Part shown: piece by piece, positions 9,101 to 17,992 of the stretch | Layout: every line of letters starts with the position of its first letter | Numbering within the stretch: the first letter of the stretch is position 1 | Assembly: GCF_000011805.1 (NCBI RefSeq) | Contig: NC_006841.2 | Strand: one strand, 5' to 3' | Source of the DNA: Aliivibrio fischeri ES114 | GTDB taxonomy: Bacteria > Pseudomonadota > Gammaproteobacteria > Enterobacterales > Vibrionaceae | Length of the DNA: 32,000 bases | Notes under the pieces: model-generated | Database searches by the model: none | Told to the model about the DNA's origin: nothing | The model's input: the letters and a program-made list of their open reading frames with translations, nothing else | Position numbers and translations under genes: made by a program

Positions 9101-12100
9101 AAAGGTATAAGGACTTTCACCCACTAAAACCCCATCTTTGAAAAGTAATACTTGAACTTTGGCATCAGCACTGCTGTTTTCTGAATAATTTCCCCAAACA
9201 CTACCAAAATCCATATTAACTTCAGTTATTACTACCTCTGTGGTATTTGGTGACCCAACATTACTGAAATCAATTTCAACATAATCTTTTGTTTTTACAT
9301 CGATTTCGCTGTTACCAACACCTAAACCTGTTTCTTGAGCAACGTTATCATAATAAAGCGTTTCAGGGGTTAGCGTACTAGTATTATCAGGGCTATCTCC
9401 AGTAAATTGTCCACCAGAAATAATAACACCACTTACTAATGTAAATGAGTTAACACTTCCGTTTGAGTAATTTGGAGCAAAGTCTTCTTGAGCATTAAAA
9501 CTTAAATCGTCATTGATCGATCCATCCAGAACATATTCAATTTGATCTGACTCCGTTAATATTGTCGAAGATGTAATTTCAGTTCTAGTATCTCCATCAA
9601 CAACATAAAGCGTACCAAACTCTGGCGAAACAGTTATCATAATGTCTACAAACTTGTTATCTGTATCGTTTTCGTCATCTTCAAGATCACTGACATATGC
9701 GTCAAAACTAAACTGAGTGCTAATATCATCAACCAACTGAATGTCAAAATCATTAGCAATAGGATCTGCATTGATAGTGACATCTTGTATTACTTCAGTC
9801 TTATTACCTGCAATATCTATTGCTGTTACGGTTAATGCATTTGCTCCTTCATTTAACTGATACGGAAGAGATATGGTGTATTCACCATTCTGATTTGCTG
9901 TCACTTCGTCGGTGGTATGAATAACACCATCTTTATCAGTATAAGTAATAGTAACCTTAGCACCAGCTTCAGTTACACCGGTGATATCTGGCGTTGTATT
10001 ATTCGTTACGGTATCAGAGTTTGAACCTGTATTAGTATTATCTGTAATATCAGAAGTAATACCTAAATCACCATCGCCAACCGTTTCTGTCAGCACTTTA
10101 GTATCAACCGTTACATCTTGTGTAGTTGATACGGTATTTCCTGCTAAATCAACGGCAACAATATCAATAAGGTTAGAACCTTCCGCTAAAGCGTGCAAAA
10201 TTGCGATGGTATAAACACCGTTAGCACTTGCTGTACTCGTAGCTGTGCGTAACGTGTCTGATGCGTCCCTATAAGTAATGGTTACCTTAGCCCCCGCTTC
10301 TGTTACGCCCGTAATATCAGGCGTTGCATCATTAGTGATAGTGTCATCATTAGAGCCACTATTTGTAGCATCCGTGATATCTGAAGTGATACCAGTATTA
10401 CCATCGCCATCGGTTTCCGTCAGAACGTCAGTATCAACAGTATGTGTTGATGTTACCTTACTTTCTACGGTATTACCGGCATCGTCACTTGATTTCACAA
10501 CAACTTCAAACTCGGTATCCTCAGCCAAGTCACTACCCGCAACCTCAACACTCCAAGTACCATCCTGATTAACTACCGTTTCGTAAGATTGACCATTGAT
10601 AATCATAGTAACAACATCATCTTTACTGATGTCACCACCAATTGCGGTACCCGTAACTATTATGGTCTCGCCACTTTCGCTAGCATTAATAACATCATCT
10701 TCTGTAATATTAGCAACCGTAACAGCGCCAGCTTCTGCTAAGGTATCAATTACCGCAACGTCTTCGCCAGTCTCTGATTCATTTCCATATTGATCCGTTA
10801 GCGTTGCAGTAACTTTAATCTCATTACCTTCACCAGGACTTGGGAACGTTGTTGTTATAGTACCAGCGATTAAATGAGCAGCCGTTAAAATGATCTCTTT
10901 TGTTGTGTTACCATCACTTACGGTAATGACCTCATCTTCTAAAGCTCCTGTCGGCAAACCAATGCTCACATCAATATCACCAACTAACTCAGAAGCACTA
11001 ATTAAACCATCATTAGGACTAGTATCTTCCGTAATCACTACGGTTGGTGCTGCACCGTCAGTACCGGTCTGTGTATCAACAGTATGAAGCGATGTAACTT
11101 TACTCTCGACTATATTGCCCGCATCATCACTTGAGCTGACAGATACCTCAAATTCGGTATCTGCAGCTAAATCACCACCGTCAACAGCTACACTCCAACT
11201 ACCATCTTGATTAACCGTAGTTTCATAAGATTGCCCATTGATAATCATGGTGACAACATCATCTTTACTTATATCACCACCTATTGCGGTACCTGAAACC
11301 ATGATGCTCTCGCCACTTTCGCTAGCATTAATTACATCATCTTCAGTGATATTATCTACAATCACAGAACCTGCATTTGCAGAAGTATCTAAAACAAAAT
11401 CTAGCGTACTCGAGTCAGACACATTGCCCGCAGCATCAGTTTCTCGAACCGTAATTGAGTTGTCGCCTTCAACCACAGCAGGAGGGGTTGTTGACCAACT
11501 GCCATCCGCCGCTTGATATTCAACTGTATTACCCACTTCGCTTGGCGTTACTGTGAATGAGCCATCATTCGTAAGCAGATCACCATTACTAATTCCCGAA
11601 TCAACATCCAATGTGATTGTCGGGGCATTCGGAGCCTGAGTATCTAAAACAAAATCTAGTGAACTCGAACCAGACACATTACCCGCAGCATCAGTTTCTC
11701 GAACCGTAATTGAGTTGTCGCCTTCAACCACAGCAGGAGGGATTGTTGACCAACTGCCATCCGCCGCTTGATATTCAACTGTATTGCCAACTTCGCTTGG
11801 TGTTACTGTGAATGAACCGTCATTCGTTAATAAATCACCATTACTAATACCCGAGTCAGTATCCAGAGTGATTGTCGGAGCATTCGGAGCCTGAGTATCT
11901 AAAACAAAATCTAGCGTACTCGAGTCAGACACATTGCCCGCAGCATCAGTTTCTCGAACCGTAATTGAGTTGTCGCCTTCAACCACAGCAGGAGGGGTTG
12001 TTGACCAACTGCCATCCGCCGCTTGATATTCAACTGTATTGCCAACTTCGCTTGGTGTTACTGTGAATGAACCGTCATTCGTTAATAAATCACCATCACT

Positions 12101-15100
12101 AATGCCTGAATCTGTATCCAATGTGATCGTCGGAGCATTCGGCGCTTGCGTATCTAAAACAAAATCCAGTGTATTTGAACCAGACACATTGCCTGCAGTA
12201 TCAGTCTCTCGAACCGTAATTGAGTTGTCGCCTTCAACCACTGCAGGAGGGGTTGGGGTTGTTGACCAACTGCCATCCGCCGCTTGATATTCAACTGTAT
12301 TACCCACTTCGCTTGGCGTTACTGTGAATGAGCCATCATTCGTAAGCAGATCACCATTACTAATACCCGAATCAACATCCAATGTGATCGTCGGAGCATT
12401 TGGCGCTTGTGTATCAAGTACAAAATCAAGTGTGCTTGAGCCAGACACATTGCCTGCGGTATCAGTCTCACGCACCACGATTGAATTATCACCTTCAACC
12501 ACAACAGGAGCATCAGTCGTCCACTCACCATTCACGAAGTACTCAACCGTATTACCATCTTCACTTGGTGTTACCGTAAACGAGCCGTCATTAGTTAATA
12601 AATCACCATCACTAATACCTGAATCAACATCCAATGTGATCGTTGGTGCATTCGGCGCTTGGGTATCTAAAACAAAATCTAATGTACTCGAGTCAGACAC
12701 ATTACCCGCAGCATCAGTCTCTCGAACCGTAATTGAGTTGTCACCTTCAACCACAGCAGGAGGGGTTGTTGACCAACTGCCATCTGCAGCCTGATATTCA
12801 ACTGTATTGCCAACTTCGCTTGGCGTTACTGTGAATGAACCATCGTTAGTTAGGAAATCATTACCCAACTTACCGCTGTCCGTATCAAGAGTAATTATTG
12901 GAGCATTCGGCGCTTGCGTATCAAGTACAAAATCTAATGTACTCGAGCCAGACACATTACCTGCCGCATCAGTTTCACGCACGGTTATTGAGTTAGCACC
13001 TTCGGTAGCGATTGGCGCATCAATCGTCCACTCACCATTAACAAAGTACTCAACCGTATTACCAACTTCGCTTGGCGTTACTATGAATGAACCATCATTC
13101 GTAAGCAGATCACCATTACTAATACCCGAGTCAGTATCCAGTGTGATAGTCGGTGCGTTCGGTGCTTGCGTATCAAGTACAAAATCAAGTGTGTTTGAGC
13201 CAGACACATTTCCCGCAGCATCAGTTTCTCGAACTATAATCGAGTTGTCGCCTTCAACTACTTCAGGAGGGGTTGTTGACCAACTGCCATCCGCAGCCTG
13301 ATATTCAACTGTATTGCCAACTTCGCTTGGCGTTACTGTGAATGAACCATCATTCGTTAATAAATCACCATTACTAATACCTGAATCTGTATCCAGTGTG
13401 ATCGTCGGAGCATTCGGTGCTTTCGTATCAAGCACAAAATCAAGCGTGCTTGAACCTGACACATTACCCGCAGCATCAGTTTCTCGAACCGTAATTGAGT
13501 TGTCGCCTTCAACTACTTCAGGAGGTGTTGTTGACCAACTGCCATCTGCAGCCTGATATTCAACGGTATTGCCATCTTCACTTGGTGTTACCGTAAACGA
13601 GCCGTCATTAGTTAATAAATCACCATCACTAATACCCGAGTCTGTATCTAGTGTGATCGTCGGAGCATTCGGTGCTTGCGTATCAAGCACAAAATCAAGT
13701 GTGCTTGAACCTGACACATTACCCGCTGCATCAGTCTCACGAACCACTATTGAATTATCACCTTCAACCACAACAGGAGCATCAGTCGTCCACGCACCAT
13801 TCACAAAGTATTCAACTGTATTACCAACTTCGCTTGGCGTTACTGTGAATGAACCGTCATTAGTTAAGAAGTCATCACCTAGCTTGCCACTATCGGTATC
13901 TAAAGTGATTATTGGTGCACTTGGAGCCTGAGTATCTAAAACAAAATCTAGTGTATTTGAACCTGAAACATTACCCGCCGCATCAGTCTCTCGAACCGTA
14001 ATTGAGTTGTCGCCTTCAACTACTTCAGGAGGGGTTGTTGACCAACTGCCATCTGCAGCCTGATATTCAACTGTATTGCCAACTTCGCTTGGCGTTACTG
14101 TGAATGAACCATCGTTAGTTAGAAAATCATTACCCAACTTACCGCTGTCCGTATCAAGAGTAATTGTTGGAGCATTCGGAGCCTGAGTATCTAAAACCAA
14201 ATCTAGTGTACTCGAGCCAGACACATTGCCTGCGGTATCAGTCTCTCGAACCGTAATTGAGTTGTCGCCTTCAACCACAGCAGGAGGGGTTGTTGACCAA
14301 CTGCCATCCGCCGCTTGATATTCAACTGTATTACCCACTTCGCTTGGCGTTACTGTGAATGAGCCATCATTCGTAAGCAGATCACCATTACTAATTCCCG
14401 AATCAACATCCAATGTGATTGTCGGAGCATTCGGAGCCTGAGTATCTAAAACAAAATCTAGTGAACTCGAGCCAGACACATTACCCGCAGCATCAGTTTC
14501 ACGAACCGTAATTGAGTTGTCGCCTTCAACCACAGCAGGAGGGATTGTTGACCAACTGCCATCCGCCGCTTGATATTCAACTGTATTGCCAACTTCGCTT
14601 GGTGTTACTGTGAATGAACCGTCATTCGTTAATAAATCACCATTACTAATACCCGAGTCAGTATCCAGAGTGATCGTCGGAGCATTCGGAGCCTGAGTAT
14701 CTAAAACAAAATCTAGCGTACTCGAGTCAGACACATTGCCCGCAGCATCAGTTTCACGCACCACGATTGAATTATCACCTTCAACCACAACAGGAGCATC
14801 AGTCGTCCACGCTCCATTCACGAAGTACTCAACCGTATTACCATCTTCGCTTGGCGTTACCGTAAACGAGCCGTCATTAGTTAATAAATCACCATCACTA
14901 ATACCTGAATCAACATCCAATGTGATCGTTGGTGCATTCGGCGCTTGGGTATCTAAAACAAAATCTAATGTACTCGAGTCAGACACATTACCCGCAGCAT
15001 CAGTCTCTCGAACCGTAATTGAGTTGTCACCTTCAACCACAGCAGGAGGTGTTGTTGACCAACTGCCATCTGCAGCCTGATATTCAACTGTATTGCCAAC

Positions 15101-17992
15101 TTCGCTTGGCGTTACTGTGAATGAACCGTCATTAGTTAAGAAGTCATCACCTAACTTGCCACTATCGGTATCTAAAGTGATCGTCGGTGGATTCGGTGGA
15201 ATTTCATCTATATCTGTTACTGTAATATCAAAGCTTTCTTGGCTTGTTGAGCCATCGGTAGAAGTGGCAATGATCGTGATAGAGTGAGAATCGGCAACTT
15301 CATGATCAAGATTGCCAATTAATGTCACTACACCTGTGGTTGCGTCGATAGCAAATAACCCAGCATCAATATCTGCTTGTGATAATGCATAAGTCACATC
15401 ATCACCATCTGGATCTGCCGCAAGACCTGTAATATTTACAACCGAGCCAATCTCAGCATTCTCTGAAACCGTATTTTCAGCAGTATTTGAATCCGTTACC
15501 GGACCCACATCGTTATCCGTGTCGCCGCCGCCCGGTGTCGAACCATCTACATCCGTCACCGCAATATCAAAGCTTTCTTGGCTTGTTGAGCCATCGGTAG
15601 AAGTGGCTATGATGGTGATAGAGTGAGAGTCTGCGACTTCATGATCTAAGTTACCAATTAATGTCACTACACCTGTAGTGGCATCAATAGCAAATAACCC
15701 AGCATCAATATCTGCTTGTGATAATGCATAAGTCACATCATCGCCATCTGGATCTGTCGCAAGACCTGTAATGTTTACGACCGTGCCAATTTCAGCATTC
15801 TCTGAAATCGTATTATCCGCTGTATTTGAATCTGTAACAGGACCTACATCGTTATCGGTATCGCCACCGCCCGGTGTCGAACCATCCGCATCCGTTACTG
15901 TAATATCAAAACTTTCTTGGCTTGTTGAGCCATCGGTAGATGTCGCAATGATGGTGATAGAGTGAGAATCGGCAACTTCATGATCAAGATTGCCAATTAA
16001 TGTCACTACACCTGTGGTTGCGTCGATAGCAAATAACCCAGCATCAATATCTGCTTGTGATAATGCATAAGTCACATCATCACCATCTGGATCTGCCGCA
16101 AGACCTGTAATATTTACAACCGAGCCAATCTCAGCATTCTCTGAAACCGTATTTTCAGCAGTATTTGAATCCGTTACCGGACCCACATCGTTATCCGTGT
16201 CGCCGCCGCCCGGTGTCGAACCATCTACATCCGTCACCGCAATATCAAAGCTTTCTTGGCTTGTTGAGCCATCGGTAGAAGTGGCTATGATGGTGATAGA
16301 GTGAGAGTCTGCGACTTCATGATCTAAGTTACCAATTAATGTCACTACACCTGTAGTGGCATCAATAGCAAATAACCCAGCATCAATATCTGCTTGTGAT
16401 AATGCATAAGTCACATCATCGCCATCTGGATCTGTCGCAAGACCTGTAATGTTTACGACCGTGCCAATTTCAGCATTCTCTGAAATCGTATTATCCGCTG
16501 TATTTGAATCTGTAACAGGACCTACATCGTTATCGGTATCGCCACCGCCCGGTGTCGAACCATCCGCATCCGTTACTGTAATATCAAAACTTTCTTGGCT
16601 TGTTGAGCCATCGGTAGATGTCGCAATGATCGTGATAGAGTGAGAATCGGCTACTTCATGATCAAGATTGCCAATTAACGTCACAACACCTGTGGTTGCA
16701 TCAATAGCAAACAGACCTTTCGCAATATCTGCATCTGAGAGCTTATAACTAACCTCATCACCGTCTGGATCTGTCGCAAGACCTGTAATGTTTACGACCG
16801 TGCCAATTTCAGCATTTTCTGACAGGGTATTTTCAGCAGTATTTGAATCTGTAACAGGACCCACATCGTTATCGGTATCGCCACCACCCGGTGTCGAACC
16901 ATCTGCATCCGTTACTGCAATATCAAAGCTTTCTTGGCTTGTTGAGCCATCGGTAGATGTCGCAATGATGGTAATAGAATGAGAATCCGCAATGTCATGA
17001 TCGAGATTGCCAATCAAGGTCACCACACCTGTGGTTGCGTCGATAGCAAATAATCCAGCGTCAATGTCGGCTTGTGATAATGCGTAAGTCACATCATCTC
17101 CATCAGGATCAACGGCAAGGCCAGTAATATTTACAACCGTGCCAATCTCAGCATTCTCTGAAATCGTATTATCCGCTGCATTCGAGTCCGTTACCGGGCC
17201 TACATCGTTATCGGTATCGCCGCCGCCCGGCGTCGAGCCATCCGCGTCCGTTACCGTAATATCAAAACTGGCTTCACTTGTTGAGCCATCGGTAGAAGTG
17301 GCAATAATAGTGATAGAGTGAGAATCGGCAACTTCATGATCAAGATTACCAATCAGTGTCACCACACCTGTGGTTGCGTCGATTTCAAATAACCCAGCAT
17401 CAATATCTGCTTGTGATAATGCATAAGTCACATCATCGCCATCTGGATCAGTCGCAAGACCTGTGATATTTACTTTATTTCCTATAATTGTATTTTCTGA
17501 AACTAGGTTCGCCCTCGTATCATCATCCACAACATTACTAATGATTGTATTATTTGTCCCTTTGAAACCTTCATTATCAATACTACCGTTTTCTCTATAG
17601 GCTTTATATTGTTCTAATAATGTTAAGCTCTGTGTTTTAGAAAAACCAATTGCTTCTAATGAAGAAGTATCAAAATCAGTTTCAGCTATAGAACTTTTAC
17701 CTATTCGTTCAATCTCAGTAGACGTTGTTAAACTTGATCCTGAATCTTCACCAGCAGCTGGTGCTTCGGTAATTAAGGAAGGATCCTCCCCATCAATAAT
17801 GGCGTTTAGAATCTCTTCAATATCCTTATTTTCTTCAGGTATATCATTAGGATCTAACGATACATTCTCATTACCATTATTAAGTAAAATTTCCCCGGGT
17901 AATACTTTATCGCCTGCATTGATTAGTTTTAAATTGCCATTTTTATCAATGACAATAAGTTGTTCTTTGCTTGCTGATATATTTAAGGCCAT
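6191..17992 (-). CDS. Giant LapA-type T1SS-secreted RTX adhesin (N-terminal retention module, cadherin-like and Ig-like repeats, vWA, C-terminal RTX)
   Basis: 3933 aa continuous ORF; N-terminal MALNISASKEQLIVIDKNGNLKLINAGDKVLPGEILL retention-type module, PAAG site, tandem SENAEIGTVVNITGLATDPDGDDVTYALSQADIDAGLF repeats, tandem NAPTITLDTDSGISNGDLLTNDGSFTVTPSE repeats, LITLALDSSGSMG vWA, HQGNDILIGGLGDDILVGGIGDDIF RTX near the C-terminus. Confidence 0.95.
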   Translation of the reverse strand: MALNISASKEQLIVIDKNGNLKLINAGDKVLPGEILLNNGNENVSLDPNDIPEENKDIEEILNAIIDGEDPSLITEAPAAGEDSGSSLTTSTEIERIGKSSIAETDFDTSSLEAIGFSKTQSLTLLEQYKAYRENGSIDNEGFKGTNNTIISNVVDDDTRANLVSENTIIGNKVNITGLATDPDGDDVTYALSQADIDAGLFEIDATTGVVTLIGNLDHEVADSHSITIIATSTDGSTSEASFDITVTDADGSTPGGGDTDNDVGPVTDSNAADNTISENAEIGTVVNITGLAVDPDGDDVTYALSQADIDAGLFAIDATTGVVTLIGNLDHDIADSHSITIIATSTDGSTSQESFDIAVTDADGSTPGGGDTDNDVGPVTDSNTAENTLSENAEIGTVVNITGLATDPDGDEVSYKLSDADIAKGLFAIDATTGVVTLIGNLDHEVADSHSITIIATSTDGSTSQESFDITVTDADGSTPGGGDTDNDVGPVTDSNTADNTISENAEIGTVVNITGLATDPDGDDVTYALSQADIDAGLFAIDATTGVVTLIGNLDHEVADSHSITIIATSTDGSTSQESFDIAVTDVDGSTPGGGDTDNDVGPVTDSNTAENTVSENAEIGSVVNITGLAADPDGDDVTYALSQADIDAGLFAIDATTGVVTLIGNLDHEVADSHSITIIATSTDGSTSQESFDITVTDADGSTPGGGDTDNDVGPVTDSNTADNTISENAEIGTVVNITGLATDPDGDDVTYALSQADIDAGLFAIDATTGVVTLIGNLDHEVADSHSITIIATSTDGSTSQESFDIAVTDVDGSTPGGGDTDNDVGPVTDSNTAENTVSENAEIGSVVNITGLAADPDGDDVTYALSQADIDAGLFAIDATTGVVTLIGNLDHEVADSHSITIIATSTDGSTSQESFDITVTDIDEIPPNPPTITLDTDSGKLGDDFLTNDGSFTVTPSEVGNTVEYQAADGSWSTTPPAVVEGDNSITVRETDAAGNVSDSSTLDFVLDTQAPNAPTITLDVDSGISDGDLLTNDGSFTVTPSEDGNTVEYFVNGAWTTDAPVVVEGDNSIVVRETDAAGNVSDSSTLDFVLDTQAPNAPTITLDTDSGISNGDLLTNDGSFTVTPSEVGNTVEYQAADGSWSTIPPAVVEGDNSITVRETDAAGNVSGSSSLDFVLDTQAPNAPTITLDVDSGISNGDLLTNDGSFTVTPSEVGNTVEYQAADGSWSTTPPAVVEGDNSITVRETDTAGNVSGSSTLDLVLDTQAPNAPTITLDTDSGKLGNDFLTNDGSFTVTPSEVGNTVEYQAADGSWSTTPPEVVEGDNSITVRETDAAGNVSGSNTLDFVLDTQAPSAPIITLDTDSGKLGDDFLTNDGSFTVTPSEVGNTVEYFVNGAWTTDAPVVVEGDNSIVVRETDAAGNVSGSSTLDFVLDTQAPNAPTITLDTDSGISDGDLLTNDGSFTVTPSEDGNTVEYQAADGSWSTTPPEVVEGDNSITVRETDAAGNVSGSSTLDFVLDTKAPNAPTITLDTDSGISNGDLLTNDGSFTVTPSEVGNTVEYQAADGSWSTTPPEVVEGDNSIIVRETDAAGNVSGSNTLDFVLDTQAPNAPTITLDTDSGISNGDLLTNDGSFIVTPSEVGNTVEYFVNGEWTIDAPIATEGANSITVRETDAAGNVSGSSTLDFVLDTQAPNAPIITLDTDSGKLGNDFLTNDGSFTVTPSEVGNTVEYQAADGSWSTTPPAVVEGDNSITVRETDAAGNVSDSSTLDFVLDTQAPNAPTITLDVDSGISDGDLLTNDGSFTVTPSEDGNTVEYFVNGEWTTDAPVVVEGDNSIVVRETDTAGNVSGSSTLDFVLDTQAPNAPTITLDVDSGISNGDLLTNDGSFTVTPSEVGNTVEYQAADGSWSTTPTPPAVVEGDNSITVRETDTAGNVSGSNTLDFVLDTQAPNAPTITLDTDSGISDGDLLTNDGSFTVTPSEVGNTVEYQAADGSWSTTPPAVVEGDNSITVRETDAAGNVSDSSTLDFVLDTQAPNAPTITLDTDSGISNGDLLTNDGSFTVTPSEVGNTVEYQAADGSWSTIPPAVVEGDNSITVRETDAAGNVSGSSSLDFVLDTQAPNAPTITLDVDSGISNGDLLTNDGSFTVTPSEVGNTVEYQAADGSWSTTPPAVVEGDNSITVRETDAAGNVSDSSTLDFVLDTSANAGSVIVDNITEDDVINASESGESIMVSGTAIGGDISKDDVVTMIINGQSYETTVNQDGSWSVAVDGGDLAADTEFEVSVSSSDDAGNIVESKVTSLHTVDTQTGTDGAAPTVVITEDTSPNDGLISASELVGDIDVSIGLPTGALEDEVITVSDGNTTKEIILTAAHLIAGTITTTFPSPGEGNEIKVTATLTDQYGNESETGEDVAVIDTLAEAGAVTVANITEDDVINASESGETIIVTGTAIGGDISKDDVVTMIINGQSYETVVNQDGTWSVEVAGSDLAEDTEFEVVVKSSDDAGNTVESKVTSTHTVDTDVLTETDGDGNTGITSDITDATNSGSNDDTITNDATPDITGVTEAGAKVTITYRDASDTLRTATSTASANGVYTIAILHALAEGSNLIDIVAVDLAGNTVSTTQDVTVDTKVLTETVGDGDLGITSDITDNTNTGSNSDTVTNNTTPDITGVTEAGAKVTITYTDKDGVIHTTDEVTANQNGEYTISLPYQLNEGANALTVTAIDIAGNKTEVIQDVTINADPIANDFDIQLVDDISTQFSFDAYVSDLEDDENDTDNKFVDIMITVSPEFGTLYVVDGDTRTEITSSTILTESDQIEYVLDGSINDDLSFNAQEDFAPNYSNGSVNSFTLVSGVIISGGQFTGDSPDNTSTLTPETLYYDNVAQETGLGVGNSEIDVKTKDYVEIDFSNVGSPNTTEVVITEVNMDFGSVWGNYSENSSADAKVQVLLFKDGVLVGESPYTFDDESNGIYDGSGEFTANIQLDSGFDQIRVYTIHGEGSTSPNSNLTLQGVEVVDAMVSEDIHYQATDSDDAIDTGVITISTDSTDKATNNAPIVDNSVFSETYEDVAIPLNLSELLISDLDGDDVTLTNITVDPAFGSLELIFNGNEVIGAIFTPVENKHSDSNSPVEFTVTVSDGHKTSTGTAEMIVNAQADKPTVSLVLGEPVITNSAPNFDTSDVEAIKEYFENGGTIPGVGNVTYNAAMVVADDGNNLIIGTPLGDNLIGDAVHGTGNDVFVGGGLNDSIYGGTGPLDSGIDAVIYSGSIDEYLITNQGGAHGGGVDHWVVTDTLGRDTGYDHTAPEDNGDQLYHIERLVFSDAIVELNPDGSYTIIQNVEIPLDLSASVTDLDGSESLESLVLSGLSENAVILDENKQPIGTYDEATGNWILPVGTGNQTVDFSNLSIQVPKSESDFTLKATATAIEASNSDASSGDAEATLPQDILVDQGGSLPTTLITLALDSSGSMGDVEVDDKERMQLVLESSIKLLEDIQNQPNSGTVQVQLIDFDNRHSDETNDTATSLGWYSVADAITHLQDAIEIEMISDPYYIGGGTDYSEAIYAILDGYSNDKVPNDVDLSNTNDVIYFISDGHNNEVIPADLLVQWNEFIEDKEVKAVGVINDGTNNPYLGGLTDISYNVIYIEDKELYTVLPQLKPTIGQQGALTGSLTGIANSELVIETSKINILKVIDQDGNVSSESVGINLYEEKLQLITDYGNLLINKDGSYLFQPIDNPTLIDSGKSVTYELAYTVIDGEGVEHLQQATLNVSPSDETNIQINHSLSGSTNNDLVIGSDEDDVIFAHQGNDILIGGLGDDILVGGIGDDIFKWVDQGADSGIDTIKDFTKGEDLIDITEILNDDVHQNDLNDLLEHITISEDGDDLTLSITDDAGKDHTIVVEGGIGSFGLDNANFSNQAEILTKLLDEQLFKLDDTI
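6525..6635 (-). other. C-terminal RTX nonapeptide Ca2+-binding repeats of the adhesin
   Basis: Translated NDLVIGSDEDDVIFAHQGNDILIGGLGDDILVGGIGDDIF, immediately before the C-terminal domain expected to carry the T1SS signal. Confidence 0.85.
7030..7650 (-). other. von Willebrand factor A domain within the adhesin
   Basis: TTLITLALDSSGSMGDVEV (MIDAS DxSxS), YYIGGGTDYSEAIYAIL, NDVIYFISDGHNNEVIP. Boundaries approximate. Confidence 0.82.
8185..8370 (-). other. Internal RTX-like segment of the adhesin, N-terminal to the vWA domain
   Basis: DDGNNLIIGTPLGDNLIGDAVHGTGNDVFVGGGLNDSIYGGTGPLDSGIDAVIYSGSIDEYLI. Boundaries approximate. Confidence 0.65.
11380..15205 (-). repeat. Array of 15 tandem Ig-like repeats of about 255 bp (about 85 aa) in the adhesin
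   Basis: Counted 15 copies of the PNAPTITLD(T/V)DSG...NDGSFTVTPSE.GNTVEY...EG.NSI.VRETD.AGNVS.S..LDFVLDT unit in the translation; 15 x ~255 nt agrees with the span. Confidence 0.9.
15206..17545 (-). repeat. Array of 7 tandem cadherin-like repeats of 339 bp (113 aa) in the adhesin
   Basis: Seven copies of the ..SEN..IG..VNITGLA.DPDGD.V.Y.LS.ADI..GLF.IDATTGVVTLIGNLDH..ADSHSITIIATSTDGST... unit; antisense ORF starts 16449 and 16788 are exactly 339 bp apart. Outer boundaries approximate. Confidence 0.9.
17750..17761 (-). other. Putative LapG cleavage motif PAAG in the adhesin retention region
   Basis: Residues 78-81 PAAG (minus strand CCAGCTGCTGGT). The position after an N-terminal retention module matches the [T/P/A]AAG motif of LapA-type adhesins. 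Confidence 0.7.

Noticed and set aside
8649-17321. About 18 plus-strand ORFs of 60-164 aa opposite the adhesin gene
   Set aside because: They share repeat periodicity (255, 339, 678 bp) with the adhesin, have low-complexity translations such as SSTKSSVLEPDTLPAASVSRTVIELSPST, and are antisense shadows of the repetitive coding strand.
5441-17992. Possibility of CRISPR or mobile element based on the dense repeats
   Set aside because: Repeats are in-frame, 255 or 339 bp long and contiguous with no spacers; no transposase, integrase or cas genes are present in the window.
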